Below, piece by piece: positions 8,199 through 16,912 of a stretch of DNA of 33,072 bases; position 1 is the stretch's first letter, and each line of letters begins with the position of its first letter. The notes under the pieces were generated by a model. That model was not told where the DNA came from and did not search any database. It saw only the letters and a program-made list of their open reading frames with translations. Made by a program: the position numbers and the translations under genes. Source of the DNA: a bacterium (GTDB lineage: Bacteria > Auribacterota > Auribacteria > Auribacterales > Auribacteraceae). The stretch lies in NCBI GenBank assembly GCA_021161885.1, contig JAGGZS010000066.1, positions 1-33,072 on the forward strand, in the 5' to 3' direction.

Positions 8199-9569
8199 TT
8201 ATAATTGCAGTAATGTTAATTCGTCGTCGCCAGGCGACATTGAACCGTTGCACGAAAATGTAAGATCAGCAACCCTGATTCCGTCCCGATCACTTTTACT
8301 AAGACCGTTATATTGAGCTCTCGGTACATAGATGCGAAACATGTTGCCGGTTGTGTTTCCTACAGTAAAATCGATAACAACCTCTGTATTGTTTTTAAGC
8401 TGCTGATAAAAATCCTGTTGTGCTTTAAGCACCATTTCAGGATCAATCGACCCTGTCATTTTTCGTTCGGTAATCCTATGCGATAATATTCCATTAGAAT
8501 CATTCACGCTTTCTCGCGGTGAAACCGTATTATTTACATCAATCTCAACATTTGCTAATACCGCCGCAAATTTGTTGACACTTAAACTTGCGTCCAAAAC
8601 AACCGGCGGAACAGTCGTCTCATATGATATGCCTGTTAACTCAGTCACGTCATCAGCGTCAACATATGCGCCTTTGAATTCAAAATCCATCCCTGCCGGA
8701 CGACCAACCGGAAACGTGAATTTCACAGTCCCTCTGCCGCCTTTCAATCGCTCAAGAAATCCATCGTTATACAACCCCATACTCAATGAGGGTACCTCAA
8801 CCTGTGTAGCCGTACTTGAGGTTGTTGCGGATGCGCCGGAATCTGATCCGGTTACAGTTTCTCCGGATGTAAAAACTCCTGATATAATCCTGTATTTTAA
8901 AACAGATGCACCGGTTGCCGTTTCTTCGTAAACATAGCCTTTTGCGCCTGAAGTTCCTCCGGTGATTAATTCTCCTGCACTAAAAGGACCGTTTGATATC
9001 GAGCCGATAGATATCTGTGATAATTCATCGGAAAACGGTTTCCATTCAATTCCCGCAGTCGCTAATGCCGATGGTGTGGCAGTAGCTCCTGAAGTTCCGC
9101 CGGTGATATCGTTGGAATCGTCCCATGTCCCTCCGCCGGTATCCACAAAATAAAGTGTTGTCGTACCATTAGCTGTGTCTATAACGACACGACCGGTCGC
9201 ATTAGTTGTCGATTGGGTAATCGTTTCACCATGCACAAAAGGACCGTCGGAAACAATGCCGATAGTGAGGCTTTTCAGTATATTTTCTTGAAACCCGCAG
9301 GCTTTTAATAATCTCGACCATTGCGGAGCAGTGCCTGCCGAACCCGAACCGCGTAATTCCAAACCGAACGATAAAGACGCTGATTTTTTGCCGGTTAAAC
9401 TCTGCAGATTAGACAAAGTATCTCTGACTATTTCACGTTCGAAAATATCCATATCAGCACTGTAATTCGGATCTTTTACAAGAAATTTCGCGTCAACCGA
9501 CGCCAGACTTTCCAACCCCCCTTCAATATCTTCTACTTTTGCCGCTAACTGCATCTTGCGAACTAACAT
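8199..9569 (-). CDS. Major tail (tube) protein with an internal repeat-containing insertion
   Basis: Position (after the U-like gene, before the chaperones), strong SD (AGGAGG), 456 aa. Residues about 101-256 contain a tandem duplication (LTIGIVSDGPFVHGETIT... / ISIGSISNGPFSAGELIT...). Confidence 0.6.
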   Translation of the reverse strand: MLVRKMQLAAKVEDIEGGLESLASVDAKFLVKDPNYSADMDIFEREIVRDTLSNLQSLTGKKSASLSFGLELRGSGSAGTAPQWSRLLKACGFQENILKSLTIGIVSDGPFVHGETITQSTTNATGRVVIDTANGTTTLYFVDTGGGTWDDSNDITGGTSGATATPSALATAGIEWKPFSDELSQISIGSISNGPFSAGELITGGTSGAKGYVYEETATGASVLKYRIISGVFTSGETVTGSDSGASATTSSTATQVEVPSLSMGLYNDGFLERLKGGRGTVKFTFPVGRPAGMDFEFKGAYVDADDVTELTGISYETTVPPVVLDASLSVNKFAAVLANVEIDVNNTVSPRESVNDSNGILSHRITERKMTGSIDPEMVLKAQQDFYQQLKNNTEVVIDFTVGNTTGNMFRIYVPRAQYNGLSKSDRDGIRVADLTFSCNGSMSPGDDELTLLQL

Positions 9570-9580
9570 GTTTTAACCTC

Positions 9581-10045
9581 CTATATTTGAGTAATGTCAT
9601 AAATTTTGTACCTGTATAAAATATCAATAATTACAGTTAATCCGGTGAATCCCTGCCCGTCCACAATATCAAAAGGCGAATTTCCTGTGATAACCGTATC
9701 AATAGCGTTACCGCCTCTGGTATTGTCGGTCATTAACGCTTTTGTAATATCAGCTAAAAACGTAATCAGGTAAGCGTCTGTTGAGCCGCTGAAATTTGAT
9801 TTATCATGTCTGACAAACAGGTCTATCATTACCGATAAAGTTGCTGTCGTATACGGATTCGGCGAATTCTCCGTATCTTCACCGGCAATATTAAGCTCTA
9901 TCACAGGAACATCGACAAGCGAGTTGCCGGTTTGTTCCCAACGATAAACCGCGTTTATAGTGTTGTTATATCCGTTGCCGGTTGTTATCCCTTCCAGTGT
10001 TGTAACAAGGTTCTGCATTATTTTTTCACGAATAGCGTATGCCAT
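9581..10045 (-). CDS. Tail terminator-like protein (lambda U position)
   Basis: Synteny and size only (154 aa, immediately upstream of the tube gene). Confidence 0.45.
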   Translation of the reverse strand: MAYAIREKIMQNLVTTLEGITTGNGYNNTINAVYRWEQTGNSLVDVPVIELNIAGEDTENSPNPYTTATLSVMIDLFVRHDKSNFSGSTDAYLITFLADITKALMTDNTRGGNAIDTVITGNSPFDIVDGQGFTGLTVIIDILYRYKIYDITQI

Positions 10046-10672
10046 TTATTTCACCCTTGCCCATTTCTTAACTGTTATGTCCAGAGCTTGATTTAATATC
10101 ATCGCCCTAAAAGCTTTTAAACTCACCCATGTTTTTTCAAAATTCAGTTTAGGTTTTACGGTTACCTTTTTCATTAAAGCAAACAAGAATCGTTTTCTTT
10201 TCTTATTCAACTTTACTAAGTACAATTTACCCATCACCTCAACCATAACTAATTTTTTGATTTTAGATTTATCCGCATACTGTTTCTTTACCTGTTTTGT
10301 CGTTTTTTTCGCAGCGTCCCCGATAGGTATAGCTAACATCTTCGCTCTTTTCGGAGTTATCACGCCGCCCCGTTCATGTATTTTCGCTAAACGTGACCGT
10401 GTCCAAATGCGCATCTCAACGTTCTCGGGTTTTTTAGCTTGGATCCGTTTTTCAGGATATACACGACCTTGAAACAACTTCCAGTAACCGGTAGTCCGTT
10501 TAACTTTCATTGTTGATTTCAACGTTTTGAAAAATTTAAGTTTTATATGCGAAAAAGCGTCCTGAAACTCATAAGCAAGAATCTCCGGAGCTTTTATAAA
10601 CATCTTTTTAAATTCTTTTGTATTCTTAAACTCAATTTCTATCGGTGTTGAAAAAATCCGTTCGTTCTTCAT
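10046..10672 (-). CDS. Tail completion/neck protein (lambda Z position)
   Basis: Synteny and size only (208 aa; lambda Z is 192 aa). Very basic protein. Confidence 0.4.
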   Translation of the reverse strand: MKNERIFSTPIEIEFKNTKEFKKMFIKAPEILAYEFQDAFSHIKLKFFKTLKSTMKVKRTTGYWKLFQGRVYPEKRIQAKKPENVEMRIWTRSRLAKIHERGGVITPKRAKMLAIPIGDAAKKTTKQVKKQYADKSKIKKLVMVEVMGKLYLVKLNKKRKRFLFALMKKVTVKPKLNFEKTWVSLKAFRAMILNQALDITVKKWARVK

Positions 10673-11020
10673 CTACATTCCAACCCTTAGCGTCCACGTT
10701 ACAGTGTCCGCTTTTAATATTTCCAGTACTGCCCAATCCTTATTAGAACCGCCTTCATATTCAGGGAATGAGACTTTATCCTGTCCTTCATTTATGCTTG
10801 ATATCCCATTGGAATCCAGTTTTGATATAATGACTTCACACTCTTTCTGAAGCGATCGATACCGGTTCTCTTCTACCGGCTCAATCCGATCTCTGCTAAT
10901 CAATGCCACGATAGTTTTTGCGGTTCCGTTTTTAGGCATATAAACAATTTCTTCCGCAAACTCATTTGTATTCAGAAAAACGTTTTTTAAATCATCTTGC
11001 ACAAGGCTTTTAAATGTCAT
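10673..11020 (-). CDS. Head-tail joining protein (lambda FII position)
   Basis: Synteny and size (115 aa; lambda FII is 117 aa). First gene after the capsid gene. Confidence 0.45.
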   Translation of the reverse strand: MTFKSLVQDDLKNVFLNTNEFAEEIVYMPKNGTAKTIVALISRDRIEPVEENRYRSLQKECEVIISKLDSNGISSINEGQDKVSFPEYEGGSNKDWAVLEILKADTVTWTLRVGM

Positions 11021-11038
11021 TTTCTGTTTACCTGGTAA

Positions 11039-11069
11039 AGCCGGGAGCCATAAAGAACAGTTCCCGGCT
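11039..11069 (-). other. Stem-loop immediately downstream of the major capsid gene (AGCCGGGA-N15-TCCCGGCT)
   Basis: Perfect 8-bp GC-rich inverted repeat in the 66-nt gap between the capsid and FII-like genes. No U-run follows on the minus strand, so it is not a canonical terminator. Confidence 0.4.
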
Positions 11070-11086
11070 GGGAATTTATATTTCGA

Positions 11087-12052
11087 TTAAGCGACTTTCA
11101 TCAAGAACCCGAAATACGGGTCGATTATCTGTTCATCAGTATGCTGGCGAACCCTAAAAATATCGCTTCGAACACCTTCTTCACGATATTGTTCAACAGT
11201 GGCATTCTCAGGACTGTCAGCTGTCCATAAAAACGTTCTTGCCAGTGTGGGTTCTGATAAATCCTGCCCGTTTTTAGAAATTCTCGCTAATGAAACATAA
11301 GTATCACTCCAGATAGACGATCCGACAAAAGCAGATCCTTCTTTAGCAGAGTTCCTGATTGAACCGCCAACAATGACTTGCTCAATTCCAAAAAGATCAG
11401 CCAAAGCGTTCTTGATTTCCTGTTCAGTTAGTCGAGCGGTATACTTAATCGCGTCTTTGATGGCTGTATTTGCCAATAAATAATCAAGGTTAGTGCGGCT
11501 CACGATTAATGTGTTTGCTTCCATCCCGCAATTAGTACGGATTTTTTTACGCCCGAACCTTACTTGTCCAATAGCATCTGATCCGGCGGTTGCCCATGGC
11601 GCGCCTGAATAATCTTTATACAACGCATTGCCGGTAAACGTGCTTGTATTTATCACTAAATCGGCAATACGTTTTTCCTGTGCCTGCAGAAGCCGGCGGG
11701 TAATAATACGTGTTAAATTAAGTTCCGCATCAAAATCAGAGGCGTATAATGCACGATCGCTATCATCAAGAGGCCCTTCCAGACCATGCTCTTTACAGGC
11801 GAACTCTTTGTCTTTCACTTCAAATCCGTCTCGATTATAGTTTCCACGAGATCCGCGTTTAGTATCTGCATCCCGAGTGATACTTTCACGCGTTACTGCC
11901 GGATATTTTCCTTCTTTTTTCAAAGTAGGAAAAATAGGCGCTACCTTGGTTCCGATAAACTGATTTGCCTCATCAGTCATGAACTCCTGCATTGCTACAC
12001 CAAGTTCAATTCTTGGCACAGCTCTTGTTCCCGAATAATCAACTCCTGACAT
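11087..12052 (-). CDS. Major capsid protein, lambda gpE family
   Basis: 321 aa, SD AAGGAGA, position after the decoration gene. The overall pattern resembles gpE-type capsid proteins as I recall them. Confidence 0.8.
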   Translation of the reverse strand: MSGVDYSGTRAVPRIELGVAMQEFMTDEANQFIGTKVAPIFPTLKKEGKYPAVTRESITRDADTKRGSRGNYNRDGFEVKDKEFACKEHGLEGPLDDSDRALYASDFDAELNLTRIITRRLLQAQEKRIADLVINTSTFTGNALYKDYSGAPWATAGSDAIGQVRFGRKKIRTNCGMEANTLIVSRTNLDYLLANTAIKDAIKYTARLTEQEIKNALADLFGIEQVIVGGSIRNSAKEGSAFVGSSIWSDTYVSLARISKNGQDLSEPTLARTFLWTADSPENATVEQYREEGVRSDIFRVRQHTDEQIIDPYFGFLMKVA

Positions 12053-12121
12053 TTCCTTGTCTCCTTATTTAAAATTAAACTTACTTGTTAGAATTGCTTG
12101 TAAAAACTCTTTTTTGAATTA

Positions 12122-12862
12122 TTATATTCTTATCACCATTACGAAAATATCAAACGCGGCTACAGCTGATGCAGCGACTTTTAAAGACGCTCCAGCTGCA
12201 ACTTCATCATATTCTGCAACGATACCGGCGCCATCAACAACAACATCATCAGCTGTACCTTTCGCTGTAGATGTACCAACTACATTGGCACTGCCATTTT
12301 TGACAGTAATATTTGCAGCTGTTGTATCACGAGAAATTAACCACCATTTTATGATTCTACAGTCAAATGGGGCAGAAGTTAAAAAAACAACATCTCCTCC
12401 TTTAGCGTCTGTGATTCCAGCTTTCGAGAAAATAATCGGGATGGATCCATTACCGTTTTCCGCTTCAATAGCTGTGGACGCTCCATCCATTTCCGCAGAA
12501 GCAGTATCTTCCAGGATAGATTCAATCACCTCGCCATCAGCCGTAGCCGCTTCAAGAGCAACACCTATGGGATTTCCTGAAGCAGTATCAGAAACTTTCC
12601 CGTCATCAGCAGCATAAAGAACACATTTTGCTGATTGAATTCCATCAGCAACAACCTTGAAAGTTCTGCCCGGCTGTTTTAGAGCAACGCTCACATAAGT
12701 ATTAATCGCCGCCTTTGCTTCAGTGACACCAATATAGTTATCACTATCAGACTGATCGGCGTAAACAACCTGATTTGCAGCTGTACCCAGTTTCACTCTT
12801 CGATTCGCTTCCAATGCCTCCTCAGCAATAAACGCTTTAGAACCTAAATTATATTGTGTCAT
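12122..12862 (-). CDS. Head decoration/cement protein (DUF2190-like N-terminal domain plus Ala/Thr/Gly-rich C-terminal extension)
   Basis: Lambda D position, between the protease/scaffold and capsid genes. The N-terminal about 115 aa (EANRRVKLGTAANQVVYAD...YIGVTE...GNPIGVALEAATADGEVIESIL) matches the DUF2190 pattern as I remember it. Confidence 0.6.
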   Translation of the reverse strand: MTQYNLGSKAFIAEEALEANRRVKLGTAANQVVYADQSDSDNYIGVTEAKAAINTYVSVALKQPGRTFKVVADGIQSAKCVLYAADDGKVSDTASGNPIGVALEAATADGEVIESILEDTASAEMDGASTAIEAENGNGSIPIIFSKAGITDAKGGDVVFLTSAPFDCRIIKWWLISRDTTAANITVKNGSANVVGTSTAKGTADDVVVDGAGIVAEYDEVAAGASLKVAASAVAAFDIFVMVIRI

Positions 12863-12926
12863 CTTATTTCTCCCTTACTTATTAAAAATTATCTATTCCA
12901 GTTTTTTTGTATTTTTCCCTATTTGT

Positions 12927-14030
12927 TTATTTTTTAAATGCAGTTGCTTTGAGCGCTTCAGTCATAGTACAGTCATTATTTCTGTAGTACTCTTTAGCGC
13001 GGTCAAGATGTGTCTTTTTTGACTCTTCAGGATTAGCATCAGCCCCAACATCATCAGTGCCGGTTTGCCGATATGCATCAAGTTCCTTTTGCTGAAACTT
13101 AATGATCGCCTGATCAATGCTTGAATTGTTCGATACCGCATCGATGACGTCATCACATCCTTCAAAAGACACGGAATTAAACTCTTTTCCGGCTTCCAGA
13201 ATACCTGTTACACGAGTTCTCTCCGCTTCAATTCCTTGCTCAAAACCTTCCTTCCTGATCGACTCAAAAAGTTCCGGATTATCGGTTTTAATTTGATCTT
13301 TCGTTAACGTTTCTGCCATTGTACTTTCCTCCTCAAATTCAGTTTTAATATCTCGGTTCACCCGATATCTATCTAAAAATAATCCAACCTTTTCAACCGC
13401 TTCCGGCTGTTCTAAAAAATTATCTAAAAACGAGGTCATCTCAGCAGACAACATCACGCTATTTGTAAAAAACTGATTCCCGAACATCCCTTTATTCGCC
13501 GCAGGATCGTCAACAACGTCTACCTCAAATAAACTTTTTACCCTGATAAACGGAGGCACTCTGCGACCGTCCTTATCTCTAACCGGTTGACCATCGTCAT
13601 CAAGACGTTCTTCAGCGTCCCAGTGAATGACCATTGATGAGCCGAACGCTTGCGGGTCTGATTCCGCCAAGTCCATTACATACGTCGCAAGATCACCGTC
13701 CGGCGTATCATAAGCGCTTTTGTCCAGATTCAAATCAGCCCGGACAATATCTCCGTCTTTGCGAAAATTTTTAACTCTTCCGAGAAATGTACCGAGTGCA
13801 GTACTGCTCATATTCGGATGTCCGAATCTGGATTTAACTCCAACTTTTGTTTTATTTCCAAGTTTAACGATCTTATCCAGTTCAGCATCGTCAAACTCGC
13901 CTCGCTCATCTTTTGTCATACCTTTAGTGACTACCGCAAAGCCCTTAATAATGCCTTTTTCACGATTAACTTTTACATCATCATCGCTCTTGGTTACGTC
14001 TGCCCTGAATAAATCGTTTTGTTTCGACAT
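12927..14030 (-). CDS. Prohead protease (HK97/S78-like) fused to a scaffold-like C-terminal region
   Basis: Immediately after the portal gene. IIKGFAVVTK...SRFGHPN...FGSSMVIHW...LFEVDVVDDPAANKGMF follows the S78 layout (His and Ser blocks, EVS-VV-PA end). The C-terminal about 130 aa is acidic and helical. Confidence 0.65.
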   Translation of the reverse strand: MSKQNDLFRADVTKSDDDVKVNREKGIIKGFAVVTKGMTKDERGEFDDAELDKIVKLGNKTKVGVKSRFGHPNMSSTALGTFLGRVKNFRKDGDIVRADLNLDKSAYDTPDGDLATYVMDLAESDPQAFGSSMVIHWDAEERLDDDGQPVRDKDGRRVPPFIRVKSLFEVDVVDDPAANKGMFGNQFFTNSVMLSAEMTSFLDNFLEQPEAVEKVGLFLDRYRVNRDIKTEFEEESTMAETLTKDQIKTDNPELFESIRKEGFEQGIEAERTRVTGILEAGKEFNSVSFEGCDDVIDAVSNNSSIDQAIIKFQQKELDAYRQTGTDDVGADANPEESKKTHLDRAKEYYRNNDCTMTEALKATAFKK

Positions 14031-14059
14031 TTTTAATATCTCCCTCGATTATTTTTAAA

Positions 14060-15676
14060 TTAATTCCTACCGGCATTTGCATTTGCTGTTGAGCTTGTAT
14101 TGACAGATTGATCTGTGTTTCCTTGTTTTTGCCTATCTTCATCTTCAACACCATCCAATCCGAGTTCGTTTAATTTATCCTTTTCTCGTTTACGCTGTTC
14201 AAACGCTTCTTCCCAATCTTGTCCGTTATTCGCGTAAATATCCGCATACGTTTTTATCCCTGTCTTCAATCCGACCTCAGCAGCTTTAGCTTCTTTGTAC
14301 GGATCAACCCATTCCCAACCAGGAGCTATCCAAAGTGAATTGCAGTAATAAACTTTATTTAAATAAAATTTTTTGATCCCAGGTAACATTCCCATCAGGT
14401 AAGCTTCTTCAATTACCATTTCAAACACCGGCTGGCAAAGTTGTCGGCTCATCCATTCCTGCCGAATTTTAAAATACCTGCGGGCTTCCAATAACGCCGC
14501 CCGGGCTGATGAATAATTTGTTTTTGAAAAATCTTTACTGACCAATTCGTAAGGCAAGTTTAATCCTGCGCACATATCCCTTAACATTCGCTCTATAAAC
14601 GGCGCAAAGTTATCAGCAGGCCTATTCGGATTAAATGACTCAATAGATGCTCCTGCCGGTAACCGTTTTATCATTCCCGGTGACAGTGACTCTATAATTT
14701 CTCCGTTGCTGTTAGTTCCAAAATCAGACTGCCTGAACTCATCTTCAATATCATCAAGGTTGTTTGTAATAAACACCGAAAAACAAGCGGCTACACGGGC
14801 GGCAGTCATCTCTGTTTCCGTATATTCCTGCATATCATGAAAAAAATTCATCACAGGCGCGAAAAACGGAACGCCTCTGGTCTGACCGGCACGCAGCAAA
14901 TGATATAAATGAATGACATTTTTACGCCCTGATTTATCTTTGGCAGGAATTCTGACATATTTATCTCGTGAATATTTTTTATATTGATAATCACCAGGAT
15001 GATTTTTTCTTATATAATAAGCCACCGGCTCACCATAATCACCTAATTCAACACCGTCCCTGATGTTCTTAGTATCTTTTAAACCTGATGGAGTTTCCAG
15101 CCTATCCGACTCAATAACCTGTAGTTTTACCGCGAATTTATTGTTTTTCTTTTTTATCATTTTTCGCAAAACAATCGCTTCGCCGTTCTCTAAAATTTGA
15201 CGGTCAACTAACTGTTGTATATCAAAAAAATGCATTCTCTCTCCAGCATCAGCTTCAGTCATCCAAACTTTCCATGCACGCTCAATATCCCGTTGCAGTT
15301 TGGAACCGTCTTCATCAGATAAGCAAAGAAACTCTTTATCTACTTTGCTCTGTGCTCTCAACCCTGTACCGATAACATTTGTTGTCATAGTATTTGTTAC
15401 ACCTGAAGCGTGCGGATTATTCCTGTTAAGATCACGACTTTTCGCGCGTAAATTCTTTAATTCCGGCAATAAGTCCTGATCTGCAGACTTACCCTGTGGA
15501 AGCCAATTAGATCGAACCCTGCTGGAGCCTGCACCGGAATAAGATGAAAAATTGTTCAACAAGTTCCCGAGTTTACGGAAACGAATCCTATTTAATTTTC
15601 GTTGAGGTGAAAAAATCCCAACGATACTATCTATCCCTTCAGATATCCTGTCTGAAAATTTTCTGCCTTTTTTCAT
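14060..15676 (-). CDS. Portal protein, lambda gpB family
   Basis: 538 aa (lambda gpB is 533 aa), follows gpW with a 4-nt overlap. N-terminal ...YSGAGSSRVRSNWLPQGKSADQDLLPELKNLRAKSRDLNRNNPHASG is typical of lambda-family portals. Confidence 0.85.
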   Translation of the reverse strand: MKKGRKFSDRISEGIDSIVGIFSPQRKLNRIRFRKLGNLLNNFSSYSGAGSSRVRSNWLPQGKSADQDLLPELKNLRAKSRDLNRNNPHASGVTNTMTTNVIGTGLRAQSKVDKEFLCLSDEDGSKLQRDIERAWKVWMTEADAGERMHFFDIQQLVDRQILENGEAIVLRKMIKKKNNKFAVKLQVIESDRLETPSGLKDTKNIRDGVELGDYGEPVAYYIRKNHPGDYQYKKYSRDKYVRIPAKDKSGRKNVIHLYHLLRAGQTRGVPFFAPVMNFFHDMQEYTETEMTAARVAACFSVFITNNLDDIEDEFRQSDFGTNSNGEIIESLSPGMIKRLPAGASIESFNPNRPADNFAPFIERMLRDMCAGLNLPYELVSKDFSKTNYSSARAALLEARRYFKIRQEWMSRQLCQPVFEMVIEEAYLMGMLPGIKKFYLNKVYYCNSLWIAPGWEWVDPYKEAKAAEVGLKTGIKTYADIYANNGQDWEEAFEQRKREKDKLNELGLDGVEDEDRQKQGNTDQSVNTSSTANANAGRN

Positions 15677-15891
15677 AATTCAACATTCCCGAATTTCACG
15701 TATGTGGTTCTTATCCTTGTCCCTGCGATCTCTTTTTTTAATTTATTTCTAAGGCTCAATAATTCATCTAAAGAAAAACGTTCAAGTTTACGTCCGTCAA
15801 CCAACGTATACGACTTAACAGCGTTGCCGGTCATTGATGCGTTAATCGCAATATTTACGTTATCTAACATTTGTTGAGTAGTAGGTACCAT
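15673..15891 (-). CDS. Head-tail joining protein gpW
   Basis: 72 aa. LDNVNIAINASMTGNAVKSYTLVDGRKLERFSLDELLSLRNKLKKEI parallels lambda gpW [45 protein letters not shown]. Located directly upstream of the portal gene. Confidence 0.8.
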   Translation of the reverse strand: MVPTTQQMLDNVNIAINASMTGNAVKSYTLVDGRKLERFSLDELLSLRNKLKKEIAGTRIRTTYVKFGNVEL

Positions 15892-15917
15892 AACGAAAGA
15901 AACTCCTTTTTTTTACC

Positions 15918-15965
15918 AAAAAAAGCCCGATTCCCCCTTAGCTAAGGAATCGGGCTTTGTATTTT
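15918..15965 (-). terminator. Rho-independent terminator (bidirectional architecture)
   Basis: 10-bp stem GCCCGATTCC/GGAATCGGGC (15924-15933 / 15945-15954). Flanked by an A-run (15918-15923), which gives 6 U after the hairpin on the minus strand, and by TTTGTATTTTT on the plus side. Confidence 0.75.
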
Positions 15966-16068
15966 TAAATTGGGGCGTCCGAGATTGATCAGATCTCAAC
16001 GCGTTTTTAATTTTTCATCAGAACTATATTTTTTAAATCCTCACAAAAATTTCTCTATTATTAAAAAA

Positions 16069-16097
16069 AGTTTAACTTGAATTTGAACTTAAGTCAA
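16069..16097 (-). promoter_or_regulatory. Sigma70-like promoter candidate TTGACT-N17-TAAACT
   Basis: Minus strand reads TTGACT (16097..16092), a 17-nt spacer, then TAAACT (16074..16069). It lies in an ORF-free gap about 105 nt upstream of the 15918-15965 terminator stem. Confidence 0.4.
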
Positions 16098-16137
16098 GGG
16101 GGGCATTACTACAAAATAGTAAAATAAATAAATTCTT

Positions 16138-16173
16138 AAAAAAAACTGCCGGATAAACCCGGCAGCTTTTTTC
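16138..16173 (-). terminator. Rho-independent terminator directly after the PEP-CTERM gene (bidirectional architecture)
   Basis: Stem CTGCCGG/CCGGCAG (16146-16152 / 16159-16165). An A8 run precedes it (U8 after the hairpin on the minus strand) and CTTTTTTC follows on the plus strand. It starts 16 nt after the stop codon at 16189. Confidence 0.8.
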
Positions 16174-16188
16174 TTATATAAACTAAAT

Positions 16189-16854
16189 TTATCCATGCAG
16201 TCTGCGATGAACAAAACTAAATAAAGCCAACCCGACAAGTAATAATGTTGTCGGTTCAGGTACAGCTTGTGCATCATATGTTATAGTAAGTTTCGGACGT
16301 AAAGTATCCGTTGAATAATCAGATGTCCAAAATAAATAAGCCTGTGAATAATTTGTCATACTCACCACTCCAACCCCATAATTAGGCGATATTCCCGAAT
16401 GCCATTCGTTTACAAAATCGGTTATATCCCATTCCGCCCAAGTATATTGAGCAGGAATTCCACCTGAATTCAAAACTCCTGCTGACATGTCAAGAGAAGG
16501 TTTGTTATTCCAAGTAACAGTCATTTCATCCCAAGGCGAAACTATTTTATACGCAGACATAGGATAATGAACGGAATTGACCGCACGTACGTACAACTCA
16601 AGTACTGCATTATATATAATAACATCTTCAGGGAGAACAGATATATCAAATTCTATTAACGGATAAAAACTATTTATATTTCCTGCGTCCATCGATAAAC
16701 CACTGCCGTAATTATTATTCGGACTGCCAGAGTAAACTATAGTATCTTTTCCTTCACTACCCGGCTGAAGTGTTATAACAGACGCATAACCGTCCGAAGA
16801 TAAAAAGAAAAAGGCAATTCCCAAAACAACTAAATTACAATACAGTCTCTTCAT
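16189..16854 (-). CDS. Secreted DNRLRE-like (carbohydrate-binding/disaggregatase-related) protein with C-terminal PEP-CTERM sorting signal
   Basis: Signal peptide MKRLYCNLVVLGIAFFFLSSDGYA. Body has IEFDISVLPEDVIIYNAVLELYV...WDEMTVTWNNKP...DITDFVNEWHSG...NYGVGV...RPKLTITY. C-terminus VPEPTTLLLVGLALFSFVHRRLHG has the VPEP motif, a TM helix and a basic tail. Strong SD GAGGAGG. Confidence 0.8.
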   Translation of the reverse strand: MKRLYCNLVVLGIAFFFLSSDGYASVITLQPGSEGKDTIVYSGSPNNNYGSGLSMDAGNINSFYPLIEFDISVLPEDVIIYNAVLELYVRAVNSVHYPMSAYKIVSPWDEMTVTWNNKPSLDMSAGVLNSGGIPAQYTWAEWDITDFVNEWHSGISPNYGVGVVSMTNYSQAYLFWTSDYSTDTLRPKLTITYDAQAVPEPTTLLLVGLALFSFVHRRLHG

Positions 16855-16882
16855 AATTCCTCCTCATATACAAAATTTCTAT

Positions 16883-16912
16883 AAAAATAACATATAACAA
16901 CAATAATTGTCA
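16883..16912 (-). promoter_or_regulatory. Sigma70-like promoter candidate TTGACA-N18-TATTTT for the PEP-CTERM moron
   Basis: Perfect -35 on the minus strand (16912..16907), an 18-nt spacer and TATTTT (16888..16883). It ends about 28 nt upstream of the ATG at 16854. Confidence 0.45.

Noticed and set aside
5393-9153. Plus-strand ORFs 5393..5587, 5743..6072, 6640..6834, 7288..7476, 8572..8931, 8962..9153
   Set aside because: All are antisense shadows inside well-supported minus-strand tail genes, with Pro/Ser/Ala-rich or hydrophobic junk translations.
12057-12617. 186-aa plus-strand ORF
   Set aside because: It is antisense to the decoration gene. Its low-complexity Ala/Ser/Thr content mirrors the Ala/Thr/Gly-rich sense protein. 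It has no SD, and its orientation opposes the whole late operon.
12962-14058. ORFs 12962..13165 (-), 13720..14058 (+), 13818..14012 (+)
   Set aside because: They are nested in or antisense to the protease/scaffold gene, which has the supporting S78-like motifs and an SD.
15892-16188. tRNA or att site in the gap between the moron and gpW, and likewise in 19605..19731 and 32212..32329
   Set aside because: No cloverleaf-compatible arms or GTTCRANYC-type T-loop were found by eye. The first gap is better explained by a promoter/terminator pair. A proper tRNAscan/Infernal run was not possible.
16089-16277. 62-aa minus-strand ORF
   Set aside because: It overlaps the 3' end of the PEP-CTERM gene out of frame and runs through the intrinsic terminator at 16138-16173, so it is implausible as a gene.
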